From Escherichia coli (GTDB taxonomy: Bacteria; Pseudomonadota; Gammaproteobacteria; Enterobacterales; Enterobacteriaceae), in assembly GCF_044324785.1 (NCBI RefSeq), contig NZ_CP172127.1: a stretch of DNA of 64,000 bases. The stretch is one strand, 5' to 3'. Position numbers and translations under genes: made by a program. Positions 22,072 through 33,218 of the stretch are shown here, one piece after another. Within the stretch, counting starts at the first letter, position 1. Every line of letters begins with the position of its first letter. Below the pieces are notes generated by a model. It had not been told where the DNA came from, ran no database searches, and saw nothing but the letters and a program-made list of their open reading frames with translations.

Positions 22072-25000
22072 GGAGTAACAACGTTTGCAGGTATTGACCA
22101 CCAAAGAGGTGGTGCAAGTGAAGGTATAAATCGAATCACTCTATATATAACATACCCTGCGCCAATTGTAGCACCAGTTGCAAGAGCCGCATCAGTAGTT
22201 GATAGCCCGGAGGTTTTGCATGACAGATCTTTACTTGGTTCTGGCTCGAAACCATATTTTTTTGCACATTTCTTAATGCTATTTGGTGCTGATGAGTAAT
22301 CCTCACCATGGGACATACCTCCAAATTCCCCCATTACACCACTCCCATTTTTACACTCCCAATGCAAATGTCTTCCGTCACCAACAGCATCGCCATCTAT
22401 TCGGATTCGACAACCTTTACCACAGTCCTTCCATTTTCCTGAAGTATGAGCTAATCCCAATGGATCAATCCATTGCACAGGATTGTTCATAACATAACTG
22501 TACGGGTTTATTCCCCCCGCCAGCCCTATCGGATCCTGGATGATATACCGCCCCTGCAACGGATCGTAGTACCGGTGACGGTTATAATACAGCCCCGACT
22601 CCTCATCGTGTTGCTGCCCAGGCAGACGGTAGGGCTGGTGCAGGTGATGCGGGTTTTCCTCATTCAGCAGGTTTCCCCACTCATCATACTCCCCGCTCCA
22701 CGCCGTATTGCCGTCTTCGCTGATGAGCGCCAGCGGCAGGCCCCGGTGGTCGCAGTGGTAAAGATGAACTTTTCGCGCCGGTGTGTATTCCGGCTCCACC
22801 TGTCTGGCCAGTTGCTCTACCGTCAGCCCGCACTGCGCAAGCCACGCCCGGCTTTCACTGCTCACGCGGTCTGCCCGGATTTCCCCCTCCAGCCTGTCCA
22901 GCATCCTCACAAGTTCTGCCGGGAACACCACACCGTGTCCGTTCTCGCTCCCTTCCTGCTGCAACTTCTCCGCCAGGCTCCGCCGCTGCGTTTTCTCCCG
23001 CTCGCCGTTGTCTGTTTCGATGCGGATGAGTGGTGTGAAGCTTCCCGGCTCGTATACCGTCTGGATACGTGTGCTGTCGGTCTGCACCGTCGTCAGGTGG
23101 TCGCCGTCCCAGCCGTACCACGTCACCTCCGGTTTACGCGACAGCGACATCCACCCCGTCAGGTCACGTACCCGCCGCCACACCCGTTTACCCGTCCGGC
23201 GGCCCAGCGGGTCGTAGAGGTAGCGGCTCTCCACCTGCGGCTCGCCATGCTGTATCCGCGTGTAGAACACCAGGCGGTGCTGGCTGTCGTAGTGGTAGTG
23301 GTGGGTCCGCTCGTCGTCCGTCCGTATCACACCCGCCGGGATGCGGTCCGTCTTCTCCGTCAGCCTGCCGTATTCATCGTGGCGGTAGACATAGTGCGCA
23401 TCCTCCGCGATGCGGTTATCCGGCCACACTGTGAGTGTACTGTCCGGGTGCAGCTCCGGGTCCGGCAGCCGGTTGCCCGCCGGGTCCGTGGCATACGGGA
23501 TGCGGATGTCCAGGTCCGGTGCGAGGGTGCGCACACTCTCCAGCCTGCCCGTGGCGCTGTAGCCGTATTCCCGCGTCTGTCGCGGGCCGCTGATGCGCAC
23601 CAGGTCGCCGTTGTCATTCCACCCGTAGTCACGGTCATACACCAGGCTGTTCAGGTGCTGGCTCTGTAACTGGCCTGCGGGGGTGTATGTGCTGGTCAGT
23701 TCGTATGCGGCATTACTGCCTGCCATGCTGCCGAAGCTGCGCACCGTCTCCCGGTGCAGCCTGTCCCGCGTATACTCGACCCGCGGCGTCCCGCCCAGCT
23801 TCATTCCCGCCAGGTAACCGCTGCCATACGTCAGCCACTCCACCGGCGGCAGGCTGTCCGGCGTGACGCGGTTTGCCAGCCCCTGCTCGTTGTATGCGTG
23901 TTTCGTCTCATGCTGCCACAGCAGTTCCCCCGTCTCCGGGTTCTCCACCGTCTGGCGTTCGCCGGTCAGGCGGCCTTTATCGTCATAGCCGTAGTGGACC
24001 GCCACACGGTGGCCTTCACTGATATGGCTGAGGGTGGTTAACCACCCGTGCTCATCATACTGCCACTGCTCTGCCGGGTCGCCGTTCACCGTCCGGTGCG
24101 TGATGCGGTCTGCTTCATCGTAGTACCACTGCGTGACCTGCCCCTCATCCTAGCTGCGGATGAGCTGCCCTGTGGCGCTGTACCGGTAACGCTGTGTCCT
24201 GCCATCAAAGCCGCGCTGCTCCGTCAGGCGGTCCAGCACATCGTAGGTAAATTCACTCCGGCTGCCGTTCTCGTTGGTCAGCACGGTGATGCGCCCGGCA
24301 GCGTCATACCCCATGCTGCGCGTCAGCCCGCCTTCCGTCACACTCACCGGACGCCCGCGTTTATCATATGCGATGGTGCTGCGTTTACCGTCCGGTGATA
24401 TCGTTGCTGTCAGGTCGCCTGCGGCACTGTACTCATAACGGGTTTCACGCCCCTGCGCATCCTTCTGCCCTGTCAGCCTGCCGCGGCTGTCATAGAGACT
24501 ATAAATACTGAGACCTTCCTCCCGGTGAACGGCGATTTGTTGACCGTACCGGTCATACTCATACCGCGTCATGTACCCCGAGCAGTCCGTGAAGGCCCGA
24601 AGCTGACCGTACCGGTTTCGCGTTATTCTCCGCGTTACCCCGATTCCGTCTTCCACCGCGCCGGGCAGGCTACTGCGGGGGGAGTCATAAAACCAGCGTG
24701 TAATGTTACCGTTGCGCGAGGTCTCTTCTGCCAGTCGGCCCTGACGGTCATATTTCCGGCTGCTGCGTAAACCATCCGGATATGTCACTGAAGTCAGTTG
24801 CAACTGGCTGTTATAGCCATACCACACCGTCCTGCCGTCCGGCAGTATCACTGAAGTCAGCTTTCCAGACGCCATATGCAGCCGGTTCACCGTCCGCCGC
24901 CCCGCCGCATCCGTCTGCGCCTTCAGCCTCCCCGCCTCATCATACTCGCTGCGGGTGATGCTCCCGTCCGCATGCTCCTTCTTCACCACCCGCTTCAGAC

Positions 25001-26242
25001 CACCTTCGCCTTCCGTGTACAGCACCTCCCGCCGGTTCAGGCTGTCCGTGATGGTCACACGGTCCTGCCCGTACTCAAAGCGGTAGTCCAGTCCCTCCTG
25101 GTTGACCTGCTCCGTCACCCGCCCGGTATCATCATACCGGTAGCGGCTCTCCGGCCTCCCTGCATAATGGCGCGCCACCATCCGCCCGGCGTGCTCCGCA
25201 TCATAAGTAAACCCGCGCACCTGCGTCCCGCTGCGGTCATACACCGCCCGCAGTTCTCCGCTGGCCGTGTACGTGTAGCGCGCCAGCGGCGCAGTCGGCT
25301 GTTCATCCGGGTATGCCGGGTCGTGTGTCAGCCACACCGCCTCCAGACGGATACCGTTATCCGTGCCGTATTCTGTACCGGCGGGCAGCGTGTCGGGGAA
25401 AGCTGAAGAAGAGGAAGCAGAACGGGGACCTGCAGGGGAAGATAAAGACGTGGCGCGCTGTTTACGGAGGGCTTCCGCCCGCTGCGCCTGTGTGGTCAGC
25501 GCCAGATGAAAACGGCGGCCCGCGCCGTCCGTCACCCCCGTCACCGCGCCCGCCGCTTCCCCCTCTGCCGCCCGGTGGAAGGCCAGCGTCCGCCCGAAGC
25601 CGTCCACCACGCCCGTCAGCACCCGGTATGCGGGCGGCTCCGGCGGCAGCACCTCGTCCGCCTCCGGCACCCGCTCCGGCCAGCCGAGTATCAGCCACTG
25701 CCCGGTTGTGCTGGCAGCCATCATATAGATGTGTGGACTCAGACGGACCGCTTCCGGCAACGCCCGCCAGAGCCGCGCAAGCGGGTGGCCTTTGTGCTGT
25801 TTCAGCACCCCGCCCCGCGCCAGCCAGAACGACTCACTGCGGCTGTAACTTATCTCGCCGGGAAACAGGGGTTCAAAGTGAATACTTCTGCCGCCACTGT
25901 CGTTGAGTATCAGGCCTTCATCGCGTATCTGTAAGCGGATATCGAAGGGGGCTTTCCAGCCGGGACCAAACACCCCACCGGCGCGGGTGTCCTGGTCCGG
26001 TAGCTGCTGTAAGCGCGAGAAAGAATAAACGGCAGCGGGCCGGGCAGCGCAAGGTCCGTCTCGCCCGGCAGCACCTTCGCACCCAGTAGCGGGTTCAGCG
26101 GGTTAGCATAGGTAATCCCTCCCGGACACACCGAGCAGGCCACTCCCGTCGGCGCACCTATCAGCCCCCCTGCTGAACCCTGCACAATATCCAGTCCCTT
26201 GCGGGTCATGTCACCCTGCCGCGCCGCCGGTTTTCCGCTCAT
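22068..26242 (-). pseudogene. rhsE: Rhs family protein, full-length copy inactivated by a 1-nt deletion (about 25968) and an in-frame TAG (24150..24152); C-terminal tail differs from the upstream Rhs
   Basis: Three collinear minus ORFs (25910..26242, 24150..25973, 22068..24089) together align along the intact Rhs at 26781..31043; core ends ...[28 protein letters not shown] then a 127-aa unique tail. Confidence 0.8.
22480..24089. repeat. Rhs core segment nearly identical to 27286..28895 (direct repeat, constant offset 4806 bp)
   Basis: Identical encoded protein over about 380 aa ([28 protein letters not shown]...KLQQEGSE) and identical antisense ORFs at 22473..23669 and 27903..28475. Confidence 0.85.
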
Positions 26243-26318
26243 GGTTTATTCCTTTTCTTTTACCTTACATGTCCATACAAATAGTTACCTATACTGTCTT
26301 TGAATATTGCCCTACCAT

Positions 26319-26768
26319 TTAAAGCCCACCTATTTCTTGCGACAGAAAAGGGATTTCTTTTTTAATCCAATCTACCATTTCATTTTTTTCAAAACATACG
26401 TTAATGCCATTCACACTTCCACATTCACCAAAACCATCAAAATAAATTTCACATTTATTATTTTTATTCGAAACAATGTCAATCCCCCATCTTATATCGT
26501 TATTCTCCTCCTTCCTGAAATACTTCATTTGCAATAAATCAATTATCTCACCAGCATAAAAATCGCTAACCCCATTCACCACCACTTTATGTTTGTATAT
26601 TCTCTTGAGACCTTCCTTGCTAAGCGGGGTTAAGGTGGTAACATATGCTGGAAGATTAATTATTTCTATCGTTTTCACACTATCTATTCCACACAATTCA
26701 TTCACTCGCCCCATCCCCAATACCGAAGCAGAAAATAGAGACAATAAAACCATCAAATATTTCATCAT
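26319..26768 (-). CDS. candidate immunity protein for the Rhs HExxH tail; predicted exported (N-terminal signal peptide), 149 aa
   Basis: Starts 12 bp after the Rhs stop; MMKYLMVLLSLFSASVLG hydrophobic N-terminus; four Cys (C26, C116, C123, C131); AT-rich. Confidence 0.7.
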   Translation of the reverse strand: MMKYLMVLLSLFSASVLGMGRVNELCGIDSVKTIEIINLPAYVTTLTPLSKEGLKRIYKHKVVVNGVSDFYAGEIIDLLQMKYFRKEENNDIRWGIDIVSNKNNKCEIYFDGFGECGSVNGINVCFEKNEMVDWIKKEIPFLSQEIGGL

Positions 26769-26780
26769 AAAAAAATCTCA

Positions 26781-29700
26781 CTATTCTGGCGTGCCATTTA
26801 TTGTTGCCGTCTGTGTTGGTGTATTCACACGATAATACACTCCATTATATGCTGTTCTGGTACACTCACCTAAAGTTTTCGCCGCATGCTGTTCAATTAA
26901 AGTGATAACTCTCGCCTCTTCTTTATTTTTATATTGTTCATCCGCACGTCTCACAAGCCCCATATAGCCATCCTTATCAATAAGATATAAGTGCGCATGA
27001 GCAAACTCATGCCCCAAACCTAATGCAGGTGATTGTGATTTCGATTTTAAATCAGTTGAACAAAATAAAGCCGCCTTACCATTCCAATATATAGTCATTT
27101 TATCCGGGTCAAATCTAACGTCGGTTTCATCAATATACTCTATCTTTATGGTTTCTTCAGAGCTTGATAAAAAATCTATAGCTTCTTTCATTCGTGAATC
27201 TTGTTTTAAATACTCAACAGCCTGATTAAAATCACTTGGATCATCGTTAACATGGAATTTTAAACCCAAAGAATCTATAAACCGAACAGGGTTTAATGGA
27301 TATTTATACAGATTCCATTCACCTCTTAGCCCGATTGGATCCTGGGTGATATACCTCCCCTGTAGCGGGTCATAGTACCGGTTCCGGTTATAGTACAGTC
27401 CTGATTCCTCATCATGCTGCTGCCCCGGCAGACGGTATGGCTGGTGCAGGTGATGCGGGTTCTCCTCATTCAGCAGGTTGCCCCATTCATCATATTCCCC
27501 ACGCCATTCCGTTGCTCCTTCGGTACTGATGAGCGCCAGCGGCAGCCCCCGGTGGTCACAGTGATAAAGATGAATTTTTCGCTCAGGTAAATAAACCGGC
27601 TCTATCTGTGCCGCCAGCCGCTCCACCGTCAGCCCGCACTGTGCCAGCCACGCCCGGCTTTCACTGCTCACGCGGTCTGCCCGGATTTCCCCCTCCAGCC
27701 TGTCCAGCATCCTCACAAGTTCTGCCGGGAACACCACACCGTAGCCGTCCTCGCTTCCTTCCTGCTGCAACTTCTCCGCCAGGCTCCGCCGCTGCGTTTT
27801 CTCCCGCTCGCCGTTGTCTGTTTCGATGCGGATGAGTGGTGTGAAGCTTCCCGGCTCGTATACCGTCTGGATACGTGTGCTGTCGGTCTGCACCGTCGTC
27901 AGGTGGTCGCCGTCCCAGCCGTACCACGTCACCTCCGGTTTACGCGACAGCGACATCCACCCCGTCAGGTCACGTACCCGCCGCCACACCCGTTTACCCG
28001 TCCGGCGGCCCAGCGGGTCGTAGAGGTAGCGGCTCTCCACCTGCGGCTCGCCATGCTGTATCCGCGTGTAGAACACCAGGCGGTGCTGGCTGTCGTAGTG
28101 GTAGTGGTGGGTCCGCTCGTCGTCCGTCCGTATCACACCCGCCGGGATGCGGTCCGTCTTCTCCGTCAGCCTGCCGTATTCATCGTGGCGGTAGACATAG
28201 TGCGCATCCTCCGCGATGCGGTTATCCGGCCACACTGTGAGTGTACTGTCCGGGTGCAGCTCCGGGTCCGGCAGCCGGTTGCCCGCCGGGTCCGTGGCAT
28301 ACGGGATGCGGATGTCCAGGTCCGGTGCGAGGGTGCGCACACTCTCCAGCCTGCCCGTGGCGCTGTAGCCGTATTCCCGCGTCTGTCGCGGGCCGCTGAT
28401 GCGCACCAGGTCGCCGTTGTCATTCCACCCGTAGTCACGGTCATACACCAGGCTGTTCAGGTGCTGGCTCTGTAACTGGCCTGCGGGGGTGTATGTGCTG
28501 GTCAGTTCGTATGCGGCATTACTGCCTGCCATGCTGCCGAAGCTGCGCACCGTCTCCCGGTGCAGCCTGTCCCGCGTATACTCGACCCGCGGCGTCCCGC
28601 CCAGCTTCATGCCCGCCAGGTAACCGCTGCCATACGTCAGCCACTCCACCGGCGGCAGGCTGTCCGGCGTGACGCGGTTTGCCAGCCCCTGCTCGTTGTA
28701 TGCGTGTTTCGTCTCATGCTGCCACAGCAGTTCCCCCGTCTCCGGGTTCTCCACCGTCTGGCGTTCGCCGGTCAGGCGGCCTTTATCGTCATAGCCGTAG
28801 TGGACCGCCACACGGTGGCCTTCACTGATATGGCTGAGGGTGGTTAACCACCCGTGCTCATCATACTGCCACTGCTCTGCCGGGTCGCCGTTCACCGTCC
28901 GGTGCGTGATGCGGTCTGCTTCATCGTAGTACCAGAGGATGACAAGCCCCTCATCTTCACTCTGCGTGAGTTTTCCGGTCAGGTCATAATGATAACGTTG
29001 CGTCCGCCCGTCAAAGCCGCGCTGCTGTACCAGGCGGTCCAGCGCATCGTAGCTGAAGTCGCTGTGACTGCCGTTCTCGTTGGTCAGGCTGATGACACGT
29101 CCGGCAGCATCGTACTCCATACTGCGCGTCAGCCCGCCCTGCGTGGTGCTGACCGCCTTTCCCCACGCATCGTACTGTGTCTCGCTCCGGTTGCCGTCCG
29201 GGGTGATAACGGCAGTCAGGTCGCCTGCGGCGTTGTACTCATACTGCGTTTCACGGCCCTGTGCGTCTTTCACCGAGGTTAACCGGCCACGGTTGTCATA
29301 GCGGCGGTAACGGCTGATACCTTCCTCACGGTGGACCGCCGTCATCTGACCAAAGCGGTCGTATTCATAACGGGTCTGGTAGCCCGAGCAGTCGGTGAAC
29401 GCCAGCAACTGCCCGTAGCGGCTCCAGGTCATCTGCCGGGTGCTGCCCGTCGCATCCGTTGTCGTCGCCGGTAATTCACTGTGCGGATTATCATAAGCAT
29501 ACCGGATGACGTCCCCACTGCGCGATGTCTCCGTTACCAGCCTGCCCGGTTCATCATATGCCCGGCGGCTCTCCAGCCCGTCCGGGGACACCACTGCCGT
29601 CACCTGGTTCCCGTCGTTATAGTAAAATTTCGTCTCCCGCCCGTCCGGTGTGGTGATGTCCGTGATATCGCCTGACACCACATTCAGACCGTACTCTGTC

Positions 29701-31043
29701 CGCCGTCCCGCCGCGTCCGTCTGCGCCGTAAGCCGCCCCACCGGGTCATACCCGCTGCGCGTGACGCTGCCGTCCGCCAGTTCTTTTTTCACCACCCGTT
29801 TCAGCCCGCCTTCACCTTCTGTATGCAGCACCTCACGCCGGTTCAGGCTGTCCGTGACGGTGATGCGGTCCTGCTCATACTGGTAGCGGTAACTCAGGCC
29901 TGCCGGGTTCAGCTGCTCCACCACCCGCCCCGCATCGTCGTAGCGGTAGCGCATCTCCGGCCTTCCCGCGTAACGGTGCGCCACCATCCGGCCCGGGTGC
30001 TGCGCGTCATACGTGAAAGCGCGCACCTGCGTATTGCTGCGGTCATATACCGCCAGCAGTTCACCGGCTTCCGTATACGTGTACCGCGCCAGTGGCGCAC
30101 CGGGCAGATTCTCCGGGTATGCCGGGTCGTACATCAGCCACACCGCTGAAAGACGGATACCCCTGTCGGGGCCGTATTCCGTACCGGGCAGTGTGTCGGG
30201 GAAAGCTGAGTCTGAAAGAGGGCGGGGGGTGTCAGGGGAAAATAAGGAAGCGGTGTGCTGTTTACGGGCCTCTTCCGCCCGCTGCGCCTGCGTGGTCAGC
30301 ACCAGACGGAACTCCCGCCCGGCACCGTCCGTCACGCCGGTGATTTCCCCGGCCAGGTCACCGGCGGCCTCACGCCGGTACGCCAGCGTCCGCCCGAAGC
30401 GGTCTGCCAGCCCGGTAAGCACCCGGTACGGCGGCAGCGGCGCTGGCAGTACGTCCTCAGCACCCGGCACCCGCTCTGACCACCCCAGTATCCACCACGG
30501 CCCCTGTGCGCTGTTGGTCGCCAGGTAAAGATGCGGGCTTAACCGGATATCCGGCGGCAGCGCCCCCCACAGCCGTGCCAGCGTGTGGCCGTCCGGCTGC
30601 GCTGCCTTACCACCGCGCACCAGCCACATTGACTCGCTGCGGCTGTACACCGCCTCACCCGGCAGCAGCGGCTCAAAGTGAATGCTCCGCCCGCCGTTGT
30701 CGTTGAGTATCAGTCCGTCATCACGTAGCTGTAAGCGGATATCAGAAGGCGCTTTCCAGCCGGGGCCGAAAACGCCCACCGGCGCAGGCGTCTTCGTCCG
30801 GTAGCTGCTGTAGGTGCGGGAGAGAATGAACGGCAGCGGGCCGGGCAGCGCAAGGTCCGTCTCGCCGGGCAGCACCTTCGCCCCCAGCAGCGGATTTACC
30901 GGGTTGCCCGAAGTCATCCCGCCCGGACACACCGAGCACGCCACGCCGGTGGGCGCGCCAATTCTTACACCTGCCGAACCCTGGACAATGGGACCGCCAT
31001 ACTGAGTCATATCTCCCTGACGCGCCGCTGGTTTTCCGCTCAT
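26781..31043 (-). CDS. Rhs family protein with conserved PAAR-like N-terminus, YD-repeat core and C-terminal tail containing an HExxH motif, 1420 aa
   Basis: [42 protein letters not shown]...; YD repeats; core ends ...[27 protein letters not shown]; tail 26781..27260 contains [10 protein letters not shown] (codons at 26997..27011). Confidence 0.9.
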   Translation of the reverse strand: MSGKPAARQGDMTQYGGPIVQGSAGVRIGAPTGVACSVCPGGMTSGNPVNPLLGAKVLPGETDLALPGPLPFILSRTYSSYRTKTPAPVGVFGPGWKAPSDIRLQLRDDGLILNDNGGRSIHFEPLLPGEAVYSRSESMWLVRGGKAAQPDGHTLARLWGALPPDIRLSPHLYLATNSAQGPWWILGWSERVPGAEDVLPAPLPPYRVLTGLADRFGRTLAYRREAAGDLAGEITGVTDGAGREFRLVLTTQAQRAEEARKQHTASLFSPDTPRPLSDSAFPDTLPGTEYGPDRGIRLSAVWLMYDPAYPENLPGAPLARYTYTEAGELLAVYDRSNTQVRAFTYDAQHPGRMVAHRYAGRPEMRYRYDDAGRVVEQLNPAGLSYRYQYEQDRITVTDSLNRREVLHTEGEGGLKRVVKKELADGSVTRSGYDPVGRLTAQTDAAGRRTEYGLNVVSGDITDITTPDGRETKFYYNDGNQVTAVVSPDGLESRRAYDEPGRLVTETSRSGDVIRYAYDNPHSELPATTTDATGSTRQMTWSRYGQLLAFTDCSGYQTRYEYDRFGQMTAVHREEGISRYRRYDNRGRLTSVKDAQGRETQYEYNAAGDLTAVITPDGNRSETQYDAWGKAVSTTQGGLTRSMEYDAAGRVISLTNENGSHSDFSYDALDRLVQQRGFDGRTQRYHYDLTGKLTQSEDEGLVILWYYDEADRITHRTVNGDPAEQWQYDEHGWLTTLSHISEGHRVAVHYGYDDKGRLTGERQTVENPETGELLWQHETKHAYNEQGLANRVTPDSLPPVEWLTYGSGYLAGMKLGGTPRVEYTRDRLHRETVRSFGSMAGSNAAYELTSTYTPAGQLQSQHLNSLVYDRDYGWNDNGDLVRISGPRQTREYGYSATGRLESVRTLAPDLDIRIPYATDPAGNRLPDPELHPDSTLTVWPDNRIAEDAHYVYRHDEYGRLTEKTDRIPAGVIRTDDERTHHYHYDSQHRLVFYTRIQHGEPQVESRYLYDPLGRRTGKRVWRRVRDLTGWMSLSRKPEVTWYGWDGDHLTTVQTDSTRIQTVYEPGSFTPLIRIETDNGEREKTQRRSLAEKLQQEGSEDGYGVVFPAELVRMLDRLEGEIRADRVSSESRAWLAQCGLTVERLAAQIEPVYLPERKIHLYHCDHRGLPLALISTEGATEWRGEYDEWGNLLNEENPHHLHQPYRLPGQQHDEESGLYYNRNRYYDPLQGRYITQDPIGLRGEWNLYKYPLNPVRFIDSLGLKFHVNDDPSDFNQAVEYLKQDSRMKEAIDFLSSSEETIKIEYIDETDVRFDPDKMTIYWNGKAALFCSTDLKSKSQSPALGLGHEFAHAHLYLIDKDGYMGLVRRADEQYKNKEEARVITLIEQHAAKTLGECTRTAYNGVYYRVNTPTQTATINGTPE
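27286..28895. repeat. Rhs core segment nearly identical to 22480..24089
   Basis: see paired repeat. Confidence 0.85.
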
Positions 31044-31109
31044 GATTCAATTCCTTCTTCTGTTTATTTTTAATGCTTGTTTGTTACTGAATACCGAACA
31101 GGTACGGGA

Positions 31110-33218
31110 TCAGTACTCTCTCATATCCGGCGTATCCTGCTTTTCATCAGGGGTCTTCGGTGGGGATTTCGAGGCTGCACAGTTCCAGTTAATCAACAGT
31201 GAGTCACCATTAACCTGCTCCTTACCCTGCAAATGAATTTTTGTGCCGTTGAGAAAAATTTGTCCGTCCTTAGTCAGCACCAGCCTTGCCTTACCACAGC
31301 AGAGTTCCAGATGCTCACCGGCGGAGTAAATCGCGGTCTGCCCGGTATCATCCTTTTTCGTTTTACCAACGGTGAAGGTAACGTTATTTCCGACTTTGAC
31401 GTCATAACCCAGCCCGACCCTCAACGATTTATGCAAACCGATCTGCGAGGACTGCATCAGGGCCACCGAGGTGTTCATAATGCCACCTACCGTCGTCTGA
31501 TACGCCACGCCCACAGTCAGCGCACGCACAAGTCCAATCGTTTCCACCTGAACAGAGCCCACTTTAATGATCTGGTTACTGCCCACCGTCTCTATCTGGT
31601 TAACACCCACCGTCTGTATCTGATTGTTGGTAACCGCAATCATCTGATTGTTGCCAATGGTCTCAGCATGGTTGTTTATCACATCCGTGGTGCGGTTATT
31701 CAGCACCTCGGTGTTCATATTCTTCTGCGCGTGGATGTAGACCTGTTCTTTCCCTGTCGCATCGTCAAACTTCAGTTCATTAAACCCGCTGCCCTTATAG
31801 GTTTTCGAACGAATGGTCATCTGCGTCTTTGTTCCCGGCAGGCTGCCGGGGGTGCGGTTTTCCTGGTGGTAGGTACGCCCCATAATAATCGGCTGGTCCG
31901 GATCGCCGTTGAGGAAGTCCACAATGACTTCCTGACCCACACGCGGTATCGCCAGGTTGCCAAAGCTGGTGCCTGCCCACGCCTGTGCCACACGGATCCA
32001 GCATGAACTGTCCTGGTTTGACGGGTTATAGCGGTCCCAGTTAAATTTCACCCGCACGCGGCCATGTTCATCACAGAAGATTTCCTCGCCTGCCGGTCCT
32101 GTCACGACGGCGCTCTGCGGGCCATCCACCAGCGGTTTCAGCAACGGCTGTGGTCGCCATGTTCTGTCTGCCGGTATTACCGCAAAGTGGTTATTCAGTG
32201 TGGTACCCGAACCACTGCGTCCCGGCACCGCCTGCGGCTGCTCGCCGTGCAGATCGCTCGCCACCACCTGCCATTCACGGTTCAGGTTCGCCTGCGGATG
32301 CCCCGTCAGCGCAATTCGCCGTCCCGGCCATATCTCCGGCGAACGGCTTGTTCCGCGCGCCACTTCTGCGTTGTTTCGCCAGCCATCCATCTGCCAGCGG
32401 GCAAAGTTCTGCCCGTGGGCACCCTTGAAACGTCCGGGGTAGTCATACACTTCATACTGTGTGCGCTGGTAATCCTGGTGCTGGCCTTCCTGATCAAAAC
32501 GCCCTGCCCAGCCGGGTCGTTTAAAGGTGTAGTCTTTGGTCACCACGGAAGATGGGCGGATTTGTGCGCTGTAGCGGAACTGGCTGATGCAGAGGGTGCT
32601 CACCTCGGTACGGGTGTTCGGATTCCAGGGGATCTCAAAGGACTCCGGCAGATAACGCACGGTGTCGCACAGGACCAGGCTCTGGTCGGTACTTTTTTGC
32701 GCGTGCTCCTCATAAAAGAAGATGCCTTCCTCCGCCGCCATCCGGCACAGGAAATCGTAATCGGTCTCACCGTACTGGACACAAAATTCACGGGAAGGAT
32801 GCGGCTCGCTGAACAGCGGACTCCACTCGGTCACCCCGTTTTCTTTCAGGATCGTCACGAGGATGCTTTCGATGTCCTCATTCTGGAAGATACGGAAGTT
32901 CTGGCGCAGCCCTGTGCGCCACAGCGGTGGGCACACCTTCATGCTGTACAGCATCTGGTTTTTGTCGTTCTCCCCCAGTTCAAACCAGGTCACCACACCT
33001 TTCACCCGGCGCTGTACGTCATCGCCCTGCCATACCGTCAGGTAGGCCATTTTGTCCAGCACCTGCGCAAATTCAAGGGAAAGAAACTGCTGACTGACCA
33101 GAGAAAGGTCGAGGGAAAAAAGTGAAGAGAGTGACTGGTTCAGATGAAAGGAGACCACCGCAAACGCGTCCGGTGGCAGGCCGTCCACTTCCAGCGTGAA
33201 ACGTAATCCGGTTGACAT
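31110..33218 (-). CDS. vgrG: VgrG (type VI secretion spike protein), about 702 aa
   Basis: MSTGLRFTLEVDGLPPDAFAVVSFHLNQSLSSLFSLDLSLVS... with GGAGG RBS; ends 67 bp before the Rhs start; track ORF extends to 33323 but the RBS supports 33218. Confidence 0.88.
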   Translation of the reverse strand: MSTGLRFTLEVDGLPPDAFAVVSFHLNQSLSSLFSLDLSLVSQQFLSLEFAQVLDKMAYLTVWQGDDVQRRVKGVVTWFELGENDKNQMLYSMKVCPPLWRTGLRQNFRIFQNEDIESILVTILKENGVTEWSPLFSEPHPSREFCVQYGETDYDFLCRMAAEEGIFFYEEHAQKSTDQSLVLCDTVRYLPESFEIPWNPNTRTEVSTLCISQFRYSAQIRPSSVVTKDYTFKRPGWAGRFDQEGQHQDYQRTQYEVYDYPGRFKGAHGQNFARWQMDGWRNNAEVARGTSRSPEIWPGRRIALTGHPQANLNREWQVVASDLHGEQPQAVPGRSGSGTTLNNHFAVIPADRTWRPQPLLKPLVDGPQSAVVTGPAGEEIFCDEHGRVRVKFNWDRYNPSNQDSSCWIRVAQAWAGTSFGNLAIPRVGQEVIVDFLNGDPDQPIIMGRTYHQENRTPGSLPGTKTQMTIRSKTYKGSGFNELKFDDATGKEQVYIHAQKNMNTEVLNNRTTDVINNHAETIGNNQMIAVTNNQIQTVGVNQIETVGSNQIIKVGSVQVETIGLVRALTVGVAYQTTVGGIMNTSVALMQSSQIGLHKSLRVGLGYDVKVGNNVTFTVGKTKKDDTGQTAIYSAGEHLELCCGKARLVLTKDGQIFLNGTKIHLQGKEQVNGDSLLINWNCAASKSPPKTPDEKQDTPDMREY

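Noticed and set aside
22473-23669. 398-aa plus-strand ORF, with many similar Pro/Arg/Ala-rich ORFs at 22781..25906 and 27608..30706
   Set aside because: Antisense or off-frame artefacts of the GC-rich, repetitive Rhs cores; low-complexity translations; duplicated only because the underlying Rhs DNA is duplicated
22480-28895. Possibility that the repeated Rhs blocks represent a CRISPR array or tandem satellite
   Set aside because: Only two copies, kilobase-scale, protein-coding and separated by unique sequence; no short direct repeats with spacers found anywhere in the window
32064-33125. 353-aa plus-strand ORF
   Set aside because: Antisense to vgrG, which has a clear RBS and family match on the minus strand
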